Shown: positions 29,382 through 37,360 of the stretch, one piece after another
How the letters are laid out: every line of letters begins with the position of its first letter
How positions within the stretch are numbered: position 1 is the stretch's first letter
The notes under the pieces: model-generated
Seen by the model: only the letters and a program-made list of their open reading frames with translations
Databases searched by the model: none
What the model was told of the DNA's origin: nothing
NCBI GenBank assembly: GCA_964524665.1
Contig: CAZGFE010000004.1
Location: 255 to 64,254, forward strand
DNA length: 64,000 bases
Reading direction: 5' to 3'
Source: an uncultured Gemmatimonas sp.
GTDB taxonomy: Bacteria; Gemmatimonadota; Gemmatimonadetes; Gemmatimonadales; Gemmatimonadaceae
Program-made: the position numbers and the translations under genes

Positions 29382-29627
29382 CTAGAGCGTCGGCAGCATC
29401 CGTGACTGCCGGTGGATCTCGCGCACTTCGCAGCCCACCAGCGCGACGGCTTCGCGCAGCTGCACCTCGATGGCCGCGATCTCCGCCGGCCCCGCGGCCA
29501 CCTCGACCGTCGCGCGCCCGAGGATCACCTCAGCGCGCAGGACGCCCGGTACCGAGCTCAGCGCGGTGAATACGCCGTGCTTGGCGTGCACCGCCAGCAT
29601 CCCCTCGATGATCAGGATCAACCGCAT
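29382..29627 (-). CDS. Small HMA-like (heavy-metal-associated fold) protein lacking the CxxC motif
   Basis: LIIEGMLAVHAKHGVFTALSSVPGV..AEV.LG.ATV...LREAVALVG matches HMA spacing. Confidence 0.65.
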   Translation of the reverse strand: MRLILIIEGMLAVHAKHGVFTALSSVPGVLRAEVILGRATVEVAAGPAEIAAIEVQLREAVALVGCEVREIHRQSRMLPTL

Positions 29628-29719
29628 GGCTGCAATCTTGGGCCTCGACTGGCGCTGAACCAGTCCTGCTGAGACTTTCCCTCCCACTGGCTCGACGCAC
29701 CTCCAACCGCGCCTTCGCG

Positions 29720-30607
29720 ATGAACGTCTCCTTTCTCGGACTCGGTGCCATCGGCACCCCCATGGCGCGTCACTTGGCGCGGAGCCCCTTTGGCCTGCGG
29801 GTCTGGAACCGCACCGGAACCCGCGCGACGGCCTTTGCGGCGGAGCACGGCGTGCAGGCGACCGCCTCCCCGGCGGAAGCAGCCCGCGGCGCCGACATCG
29901 TGATCACGTGCCTCCCCGTCTCCGCCAACGTCGAAGCACTGCTGGACGGTCCCACAGGCCTGCTGGCGGGGCTCGCCGCCGGCGCGCTGCTCGTCGACTG
30001 CACGTCCGGGGACCCCGCCACCTCCCAGCGCATCGCGCAGCGGCTCGCCCAGGCAAAGGTCGGCTTTCTCGACGCCCCGGTGTCCGGCGGCGTGGCCGGC
30101 GCCGAGGCGGGGACGCTCACGGTGATGGTGGGGGGCGAGACGGGCCTGCTCGAGCGGGCGCGTCCCGTGCTCGAGACCTTTGGCAAGCGGATCGTGCACT
30201 GCGGCCCCGTGGGCGCAGGGGACGCTGTGAAGGCCGTGAACAATGCGCTGCTTGCCCAGCACCTGATCGGTACCGCCGAGGGCCTCCTGGCGCTCACCAA
30301 GGCCGGCGTGGCCCCCGCGGTGGCGCTCGACGTGATCAATGCATCGAGCGGCCGCTCCAACTCCAGCGAGAACCTCTTTCCGACGCGAGTCCTGAATCGC
30401 GCGTTCCCCCGCACCTTCCGGCTCGCGCTGCTCGACAAGGACGTGGGGATCGCGGCGGGGGTGGCGCAGGAGCACGGGGTGAGCGCGCCGCTTCTCGACG
30501 CAGCAGCGGCGCTGTATCGCGCCGCGCATCAGGCGCTTGGTGAAGAGGCGGATCACGTGGAGATCGTGAAGTGGCTCGAACAACGCGCTGGCGTGGAGAT
30601 CCGATGA
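29720..30607 (+). CDS. NAD(P)-dependent beta-hydroxyacid dehydrogenase (3-hydroxyisobutyrate dehydrogenase family)
   Basis: FLGLGAIGTPMA, WNRT, LDAPVSGG, GTLTVMVGG, KAVNN, LLDKD. Confidence 0.92.
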   Translation: MNVSFLGLGAIGTPMARHLARSPFGLRVWNRTGTRATAFAAEHGVQATASPAEAARGADIVITCLPVSANVEALLDGPTGLLAGLAAGALLVDCTSGDPATSQRIAQRLAQAKVGFLDAPVSGGVAGAEAGTLTVMVGGETGLLERARPVLETFGKRIVHCGPVGAGDAVKAVNNALLAQHLIGTAEGLLALTKAGVAPAVALDVINASSGRSNSSENLFPTRVLNRAFPRTFRLALLDKDVGIAAGVAQEHGVSAPLLDAAAALYRAAHQALGEEADHVEIVKWLEQRAGVEIR

Positions 30608-31830
30608 TCCGTTCCCAGTTTCCGGCGCTGCGGCGCACGCACCGTGGCCACCCGGTGGCCTACTTCGACGGTCCCGGGGGCACGCAGGTCCCGCAGTCGG
30701 TCGTGGACGCGATGAGCAACTATCTGCTCAACCACAACGCGAACACGCACTGGGTCTATCCGTCCAGTCTGGAGACGGACGCAATGCTGGTCTCCGCGCG
30801 CGAGGCGCTGGCCGACCTGCTCAACGCCTCGCCGCGCGAGATCGTCTTCGCGAACAACATGACGACCGGCACGTTCCATCTCGCGCGCGCGCTCGGTCGC
30901 GGCTGGGGCCCCGGCGACGAGATCGTCCTCACCGAGCTCGATCATCACGCCAACGTCGCGCCGTGGCGCGCGCTGGAGCGCGAGCGGGGCGTGACGATCC
31001 GCATGGCGCGCGTGGACGCGGAGAAGGGGCTGCTCGACTTCGCATCCCTCCGGGACGCGATCACACCGCGGACGAAGCTCGTCGCCATCGGCGCGGGCTC
31101 GAACGCGCTCGGCACCATCACCGACGTGGCCGCCGCGGCCAAGCTCGCGCGCGCGGTCGGAGCGCTCGTCTTCGTGGATGCCGTCCACTATACGCCCCAC
31201 GCACTCGTGGACGTGCGCGCGCTGGACTGCGATTTCCTCGGCTGCTCGGCCTACAAGTTCTACGGCCCGCACGTGGGCGTGATCTACGGCCGCGAGGCGC
31301 TGCTCCAACGCCTCGACGTGCCGAAACTGGCGCCCGCACCGGACCACGCCCCGGATCGCCTGGAGACCGGCACGCAGAACCACGAAGGGATCGTCGGGGC
31401 CGGTGCCGCGGTGGATTTTCTCGCGTCGCTGGGCACGGGTGCGACCCGCCGCGCCCGGCTGGCCTCCGCCTACGCCTCGCTGCACAAGGAGGGGGTGGCG
31501 CTCTTTCGCCAGTTGTGGGACGGGATCGGCAGCGTGAGCGGAGTTCGGCGCTTTGGCCCGGGACCCGACGCGCCCCGCACGCCCACGCTGAGCTTCGTCG
31601 TGGACGGCGTGCCAAGCGAGCAGGTCGCCCGCGCACTGGCCGACGAAGGAGTGTTCGTGAGCAACGGCGACTTCTACGCGTCCACGGTGGTGGAGAAGCT
31701 GGGCTACGCGGCGCAGGGACTCGTGCGCGTTGGCGCGGCCTGCTACACCACCGCGGACGAGGTCGGACGCCTCGTCGACGGCGTGAAGCGCGTCGCGGCG
31801 CGCGCCAAGGGGACCGCCGGCCGCGCGTGA
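30604..31830 (+). CDS. Cysteine desulfurase-like class V PLP enzyme (VC1184-like subfamily)
   Basis: YFDGPGGTQVP, LDHHAN, DAVHY, CSAYKFYGPH (PLP Lys), ETGT; ATGA overlap. Confidence 0.88.
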   Translation: MIRSQFPALRRTHRGHPVAYFDGPGGTQVPQSVVDAMSNYLLNHNANTHWVYPSSLETDAMLVSAREALADLLNASPREIVFANNMTTGTFHLARALGRGWGPGDEIVLTELDHHANVAPWRALERERGVTIRMARVDAEKGLLDFASLRDAITPRTKLVAIGAGSNALGTITDVAAAAKLARAVGALVFVDAVHYTPHALVDVRALDCDFLGCSAYKFYGPHVGVIYGREALLQRLDVPKLAPAPDHAPDRLETGTQNHEGIVGAGAAVDFLASLGTGATRRARLASAYASLHKEGVALFRQLWDGIGSVSGVRRFGPGPDAPRTPTLSFVVDGVPSEQVARALADEGVFVSNGDFYASTVVEKLGYAAQGLVRVGAACYTTADEVGRLVDGVKRVAARAKGTAGRA

Positions 31831-31844
31831 TATATTTGCAGGAG

Positions 31845-33068
31845 ATGCGCGCACATCTCCTGCTTCCGGCTGCAGTGCTCCTCGCGCTCGGCGCGTGCGA
31901 AACGGTTCCGCCGCCGCCGCCGGCGCCCGCGGCCGAGTTCATCGTGGCGGCGGCCGACTCGGTGTTCTGGATCCGCTCCGACGCCGATGGCATCCGGGTC
32001 CGCGGTGCGCCTATGGTGCTCGCGGAGGTGGGTGGGCGCATTGCCGAGCTCTACGTGGCCGACGACGACCAGTCGTTCTACGACGCGGTGTATGTGGGGC
32101 AGCGGCTCTTCAAGCGCGATCTCATCACGGGCGACTCGATGTCGCTCTTCGCCGATACGCTGATGCGCCTGCTGGCGCGCGGCTATGCGTCCGCCAATCC
32201 GGATGAGCGTCCGCTGGGCGCGGCGGAGCAAGGCAGCGAGAACCCGCGCACGATCGCCAGCGCGGAGATCTTCGTGATCGACGTCCTCGGTCCGTGGGTC
32301 TCATACGAGTACCGCACCGACGTGGACGTCGTGGGCGGGCCCTCGGCGCACGGCTCGCGACGCGGCGTCCTGGATCTCCGCACCGGGGCGGCGTCGACCC
32401 TAGAGCTGCTGTTCGGCGCCAACGCCACGCGCGCCATCATTGCCGAGGGGCGGCGGCAGTGGCGCATGCTGCGCGACTCCATTGCGGTGGCGGGCGCGAA
32501 CGCCCCGGGCCTCGTGTCGGAGCTGGACCGCCTCACGTTCGACCCCCGGTCGTTCATTCTCGGAGTACAGGAGCGCGACCCGCGGGTGCGCTTCGCGTTG
32601 GCGCAGAGCGGCTCCGAGATCGCCACCGGCGCGCACGAGCTTTTTCCCATTCCGGTCGCGCCTCCCGTGTGGTGGCCGAGCGTGGCGGAAACACAGCCCC
32701 TGAACGGCGACCTCGGCGAACGGGTCTGGGAGCGGTCCGGCTACACGCTGGTCGCGCGCCCCGCAGAATCACCCTCCGCGCGCGCGGCGTTCGCACTGCG
32801 TGATGCCGGCGGCACCGAGTGGCGGCTCGGGTCGCTGCCGTCGCCGGTGTTGCGGGTGATGTGGCTGGACGATTCCGCCGTGGCGCCGGGTACGCAGGAG
32901 GCGCTCACGCGCGCCTTCAACGACGCCGCGCTATACTCGGGAGACACGCGCGTCGTCTCGGCTCCGCGACGCGTGCGAGTTGCCCCATCGCCGTTCCGGT
33001 TCGCCTCGTACGTCTCGCCAGTGCCGACCACCCCGCGCCGCCACCCTCCCGCCGCCTCCCGCCGATGA
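31845..33068 (+). CDS. Hypothetical lipoprotein
   Basis: AGGAG RBS then ATG 31845; signal with lipobox LGAC; no recognised domain. Confidence 0.7.
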   Translation: MRAHLLLPAAVLLALGACETVPPPPPAPAAEFIVAAADSVFWIRSDADGIRVRGAPMVLAEVGGRIAELYVADDDQSFYDAVYVGQRLFKRDLITGDSMSLFADTLMRLLARGYASANPDERPLGAAEQGSENPRTIASAEIFVIDVLGPWVSYEYRTDVDVVGGPSAHGSRRGVLDLRTGAASTLELLFGANATRAIIAEGRRQWRMLRDSIAVAGANAPGLVSELDRLTFDPRSFILGVQERDPRVRFALAQSGSEIATGAHELFPIPVAPPVWWPSVAETQPLNGDLGERVWERSGYTLVARPAESPSARAAFALRDAGGTEWRLGSLPSPVLRVMWLDDSAVAPGTQEALTRAFNDAALYSGDTRVVSAPRRVRVAPSPFRFASYVSPVPTTPRRHPPAASRR

Positions 33069-33484
33069 ATCGACCCGAGTCCGATCCGCGTGCTGCGATG
33101 GAAGCGCACTGGACGCCCGAGAAGGCGAATCGCGCGCTGCCGCTCGTCCGCCGCATTGCCGACGATCTCGTCGAGCACTTCGAGCTCTGGCAGGAGCTCG
33201 TGGCGATGTTCGAGGTGGCGTCGTTGCGCAGCAAGCCCGAGCATCCGGATCCTGAGGCCGAACGGCTCGCGCGCGAAGTGCAGCGCACCGCCAAGGAGAT
33301 CGAGGGCTTCGTGGCCGAACTCACCGAGCTCGGCGTCGAATGCAAGGATCTCGAGCGCGGCCTGATGGACTTTGCCGGCGAGCGGGACGGGCGGATCGTC
33401 TACTACTGCTGGGAGCGCGGAGAACAGGCGGTCGAACACTGGCACGAGCTCGACGCAGGCTTCGCGGGGCGCCAACCGCTCTGA
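33065..33484 (+). CDS. DUF2203 family protein
   Basis: [52 protein letters not shown]. Confidence 0.85.
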   Translation: MNRPESDPRAAMEAHWTPEKANRALPLVRRIADDLVEHFELWQELVAMFEVASLRSKPEHPDPEAERLAREVQRTAKEIEGFVAELTELGVECKDLERGLMDFAGERDGRIVYYCWERGEQAVEHWHELDAGFAGRQPL

Positions 33485-33539
33485 GCGGGCCGCTGGCCGC
33501 GCCGCGTGCCTGCGGCGCGTGCCTGCGGCGCGGCGGGAT

Positions 33540-34463
33540 TCAGTCGCGGAACGGCACCTCGATCTCCAGTCCGTCGCGCGCGAGCACGATCTCGCCCGTG
33601 AACTCCTCGCGCGCTTCGCGCCCCAGCTCCGCCGCGTCGCGCGAATAGCGTGCGGAGAAGTGCGTGAGCACCAGCACACGAACGCCCGCCATCCGCGCGA
33701 CCTGGGCGGCCTCACGCGCCGTGGAGTGCATCGTCTCCGCGGCACGCGCGGCCTCTTCGTCGCCGAACGTGGCCTCGTGCACCAGCAGGTCGGCGCCGTG
33801 GGCCGCCTCGATCGTCGCCGCACACGGCCGCGTGTCTCCGGTGATCACCACGGTGCGTCCGCTCCGCGTGGGGCCCACCAGCGTCTCGGGCGCGATCACG
33901 CGGCCGTCTTCGAGCGTCACCGACTCGCCCTTGTGGATCTTCCCCCACAGCGGGCCTTCGGGAATGCCCAGGGCTTTCGCGTGCTCCGGGTCGAACCGGC
34001 CGAGCCGGTCGTGCTCGACCAGAGCGTAACCGAGCGCCGCCCCATTCCGGTGATCGGCCGCAAAGGTGCGGATCTCGTAGTCCTTGCGCGGGATCACCGC
34101 GCCGGGCTCGAGGTCGGTGACCGTGAGCGGGAAGGTGAGCTTCTCGTTGCCCAGCCCCTCGGCGCGGCGCAGCAGGGACTGCGCGCCCTTCGGACCCCAG
34201 AGCCGCAGCGGCGCCTCGCGCGCGGAGAGCGAGAGCGTCTTGAGGAGGCCGAGCACACCGAGAAAGTGGTCGGTGTGAAAGTGTGTGAAGAAGATGTCGC
34301 CGAGCGTGAAGCCCACGCCCCAGCGCATCATCTGCCGCTGCGTGCCCTCGCCGCAGTCGAACAGCATGGTCTCGCCTTCGCGTGTGAGCGACAACGCCGC
34401 GACCCCGCGCTCCACCGTGGGGCGCGACGCTGAGGTGCCGAGGAAGCGGAGGGAGAGTGACAC
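33540..34463 (-). CDS. rnz: Ribonuclease Z
   Basis: FLGTSASRPT, LFDCGEGTQRQ, THFHTDH (HxHxDH), GP-rich exosite, GDTRP, HEATF, HST, THFSARY. Confidence 0.95.
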   Translation of the reverse strand: MSLSLRFLGTSASRPTVERGVAALSLTREGETMLFDCGEGTQRQMMRWGVGFTLGDIFFTHFHTDHFLGVLGLLKTLSLSAREAPLRLWGPKGAQSLLRRAEGLGNEKLTFPLTVTDLEPGAVIPRKDYEIRTFAADHRNGAALGYALVEHDRLGRFDPEHAKALGIPEGPLWGKIHKGESVTLEDGRVIAPETLVGPTRSGRTVVITGDTRPCAATIEAAHGADLLVHEATFGDEEAARAAETMHSTAREAAQVARMAGVRVLVLTHFSARYSRDAAELGREAREEFTGEIVLARDGLEIEVPFRD

Positions 34464-34514
34464 AGGGTGTTAAAGGTGGCAGATGTGACAGGAAAGATGA
34501 AAGGCTGCTTCGGT

Positions 34515-35486
34515 CTAGCCCTGGCCAACGATCGCGCGCCAGCGCTCGCGGTCGATGTTGCCACCGGTCACCAGGACCACGGTGGGGAAGCGTGCGGGCT
34601 TGAGGGCGCCGGTGAGCAGCGCGGCGACTCCAGCGGCGCCCGCGCCTTCGACGCGGAGGTCGTGCCGAGCGGCGCACCAGCGGATCGCGTCCTCGATCGT
34701 GGACTCCTCGACGGTGGCGATCGCGTCCAGTGCCGCGCGTCCCTGTGCGAACATCTCGTCATCCACGAGACCGGCGAGGCCGTCGGCGAGCGTGGGGCGA
34801 GACGGGATATCCGCCGGACCCCCGCGGTCCAGGGCGAGCGTCATCGCATTGGTAAGGACACTCTGCGCGCCCAGGATCCGGACACCCGCCGCGACGTCGC
34901 GCAGATAGCCGCCCACGCCGCCGACGAGTCCTCCCCCACCGACCGGCACGACGATCGTCCGAAGCGTGGGCAGGCGCTCGAGCACTTCGAGCGCCACCGT
35001 ACCGGCGCCCGCCAGCAGAGCACGTCCGGTGCAGGGGCTCACGAAGACCGCGCCGGTGGCGGTCGCGTACTCGCGCGCGGCGCGCTCGGCGGCGTCGTAG
35101 TCCGGCGCCTCCGCATTGACCGTGGCGCCGAGTGCCAGGATCTTGTCGCGCTTCACGGCGGGAGCCGAAGCCGGAACGAAGATCGTGGCGCGGACCTGGA
35201 GTGCCTGCGCGGCGTGCGCGACCCCCACCCCGTGATTCCCGGCCGAAGAAGCCACGACGCCCCGAGCGCGCTCCGTTGCGGGGAGCGAGAGCAGCGCGTG
35301 CAGCGCGCCGCGCAGCTTGAAGGACCCTCCGGGCTGCGTTGTCTCGAGCTTGAGATGGACCTCGCCGCCGGCGATCTCGGAGAGGCCTGGGTCGGAGACC
35401 AGAGGCGAGTGCACCACGAGCCCTGCGAGCTGGCTGGCTGCGGCGCGCACCTCGGCGGCGCTCGGAAGGATCGGTGAGAGTGGCAC
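34515..35486 (-). CDS. Threonine/serine dehydratase family PLP enzyme
   Basis: LKLE..QPGGSFKLRGA, SSAGNHG, VPVGGGGL, TGGN. Confidence 0.9.
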   Translation of the reverse strand: MPLSPILPSAAEVRAAASQLAGLVVHSPLVSDPGLSEIAGGEVHLKLETTQPGGSFKLRGALHALLSLPATERARGVVASSAGNHGVGVAHAAQALQVRATIFVPASAPAVKRDKILALGATVNAEAPDYDAAERAAREYATATGAVFVSPCTGRALLAGAGTVALEVLERLPTLRTIVVPVGGGGLVGGVGGYLRDVAAGVRILGAQSVLTNAMTLALDRGGPADIPSRPTLADGLAGLVDDEMFAQGRAALDAIATVEESTIEDAIRWCAARHDLRVEGAGAAGVAALLTGALKPARFPTVVLVTGGNIDRERWRAIVGQG

Positions 35487-35674
35487 GGTCCGAATCTACG
35501 AACCTGTGGTGTGCAGGGGGTGGCGCGGGGTGGCGAGGGCCGCTAGAATTCCCTGCATCGGCGGCCCTGCCAAGTCCCATCAGGCGGGGCCGTATGCGTG
35601 ACTGGAACTATTCAGGCTCGTCCTGCGTATGTGAAGGCAGGAAGCGGAGTTGGATAGGTCTGACCGCGCGATCC

Positions 35675-35747
35675 GGGGCTGTAGCTCAGCTGGGAGAGCG
35701 CTGCAATCGCACTGCAGAGGTCAGGGGTTCGATCCCCCTCAGCTCCA
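35675..35747 (+). tRNA. tRNA-Ala(CGC), CCA not encoded
   Basis: Cloverleaf GGGGCTG/CAGCTCC with G3:U70, anticodon arm CTGCA-ATCGCAC-TGCAG, T-loop GTTCGATCC; followed by CTG. Confidence 0.95.
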
Positions 35748-35863
35748 CTGGGAAGGAGATAGTGCTGGTTCCCACGCAGGATGAACTGCCCACCGCTGTT
35801 CGGTAGGACGTAGAGTTCCAATGACAGCGAGTGAGGCAACCTGCGGGGCCAGCTGAAACGAGA

Positions 35864-35904
35864 GACGCCGTGGATCCTTGGGATCCGCGGCGTTCTGTGT
35901 TTTT
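35864..35904 (+). terminator. Intrinsic terminator downstream of tRNA-Ala
   Basis: GACGCCGTGGATCC-ttg-GGATCCGCGGCGTT stem followed by CTGTGTTTTT. Confidence 0.7.
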
Positions 35905-35931
35905 GGGAGCTGCTGCGCCTGCCCGTCGCGA

Positions 35932-36456
35932 CTACCAGCGTTCGCGCTTTCGGAGTTCAGTGATGTGCGCCGTGTGGTGCCGACCGTGCCATACATAGCT
36001 CGCGAGCGCCACGTCGAGCGTGAGTGAGCCCCGCTCCGGATGCTGGTACGTGAGGTCGAACTGGGCCGGGGTGAGGGAGCGCAGGATGGTCGCCCACCGC
36101 TCGTGGATGCCGTCGAGCAGCCGCAGCGACAGCTCGATCGGCAGCGCGCTGTCGGCAAGCTCTGCCCAGCGCGCCTCGGCGTAGGGTTTGATCGTGGGGT
36201 GTGGTTCGGTGAGGGCAAGCTTGAGGCGGATGTACCCGTTGGCGTGCGAATCCGCGACGTGGTGCACGAGCTGCCGCACGGTCCAGCCGCCCGGGCGGTA
36301 CGGGGTGTCGAGCTGCGCATCGCTGAGGCCGGTCACGGCGGCGCGAAACTCCTGAGGCAGCGATGCGATCGCGGCGATCCGCGCACTCCGCTCTGCCGGG
36401 GAGGTCTGGGCCGGCGCGATGTCGGGCCCGATCGGATATCGAAGGTCGGTGGCCAT
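35932..36456 (-). CDS. YfiT/BstA-like DinB-superfamily thiol transferase
   Basis: DLRYPIG, LDTPYRPGGWTVRQLVHHVADSH, PTIKPY.E..WAEL.D, Y.WHGRHH.AHI. Confidence 0.9.
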   Translation of the reverse strand: MATDLRYPIGPDIAPAQTSPAERSARIAAIASLPQEFRAAVTGLSDAQLDTPYRPGGWTVRQLVHHVADSHANGYIRLKLALTEPHPTIKPYAEARWAELADSALPIELSLRLLDGIHERWATILRSLTPAQFDLTYQHPERGSLTLDVALASYVWHGRHHTAHITELRKRERW

Positions 36457-36529
36457 GCCACAAGATATCCATGCCGCGCGCCGTGTCGAATTCGTGGCAG
36501 GAGACCGCGCTGGCCGGGTAGTGTTCAGG

Positions 36530-37306
36530 ATGACCTCGCCGCGACGTGCACTACCGAGCGTATTCGTTGTCGCCGCCCTCGTCCTCGGCGCCTGCCTGCC
36601 GCCGGCCGGGCCGGGGACCCAGGGCATCCCGTCGCTGGTCGGGAACCGGCGGGTGTTGTTCATCGGCAACTCGCACACGTACCAGAACGACCTTCCCGGG
36701 ATGCTGGTCGCACTGGCGCGCGCGTCGGGGGACACCGCGCTCCGCGCCGGCGCCGTCGCGTACCCGAACTTCGCACTCGAGGATCACTACGCGCAGGGAG
36801 ACGCACTCAAGGCGCTGACGCGATCCACGTGGGAGTACGTGGTGATGCAGCAAGGCACCTCGGCACATCCTGAGAGCCAGACGCACCTCGCGTTCTGGGC
36901 GCAGCAGTTCGACCCGCTCATCCGCAGCGCTGGCGCTGAGCCTGTGATGTATCAGATCTGGCCGCTCGCTTCGCAGCGATACAACGCGGATGCCGCGCTC
37001 ACGTCGTACTTCAACGCGGCTGCGGCCATCGCCGGGATCCATGCGCCGGCGGGAGACGCCTTCACGGCGGCGTTGGACTCCGCGCCTGGGATCGCGGTCT
37101 ATCACGTCGATGGCCTCCACGCTTCTCCCCGTGGAACGTATCTGGCGGCGGTCGTGATCCTCGCGCGACTGGGAGGTGCAGAGCCGCTGACGCTTCCTCC
37201 GACGATCCCGGGGTTCTCGGAGGACACCGCGATCGTACGCCGGCTGCAGCGCGCGGCGACGGAGGCACTCGCGCGGACGGAGGCGCGGCCCACGCGGCCT
37301 CGCTAA
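36530..37306 (+). CDS. SGNH/GDSL-like hydrolase lipoprotein
   Basis: Lipobox LGAC; VLFIGNSHTY, WEYVVMQQ, DGLHAS..GTYLAA. Confidence 0.8.
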   Translation: MTSPRRALPSVFVVAALVLGACLPPAGPGTQGIPSLVGNRRVLFIGNSHTYQNDLPGMLVALARASGDTALRAGAVAYPNFALEDHYAQGDALKALTRSTWEYVVMQQGTSAHPESQTHLAFWAQQFDPLIRSAGAEPVMYQIWPLASQRYNADAALTSYFNAAAAIAGIHAPAGDAFTAALDSAPGIAVYHVDGLHASPRGTYLAAVVILARLGGAEPLTLPPTIPGFSEDTAIVRRLQRAATEALARTEARPTRPR

Positions 37307-37360
37307 CGATACCGGATCGGGGATGACCCCAGCTGCCGGGGGTCGTAGCTTCTGGATGAC

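Noticed and set aside
30604..31830. Missing catalytic Cys in the desulfurase-like protein as a pseudogene sign
   Set aside because: 'VSNGDFYA' in place of the Cys loop is typical of this subfamily; PLP Lys motif intact.
30963..31844. N-terminal extension of the 701-aa ORF
   Set aside because: Overlaps the desulfurase-like gene out of frame; real start is the RBS-preceded ATG 31845 with lipoprotein signal.
35675..35747. tmRNA (Ala-like acceptor GGGGCTG)
   Set aside because: Complete D and anticodon arms in 73 nt; an ordinary tRNA-Ala.
35748..35853. HDV-like (theta) or hammerhead ribozyme, SRP or 6S RNA after the tRNA
   Set aside because: Could not build the P1/P3 pseudoknot, find a CUGANGA core or SRP helix-8 motif; too short for 6S. 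Kept only as an unassigned structured RNA candidate.
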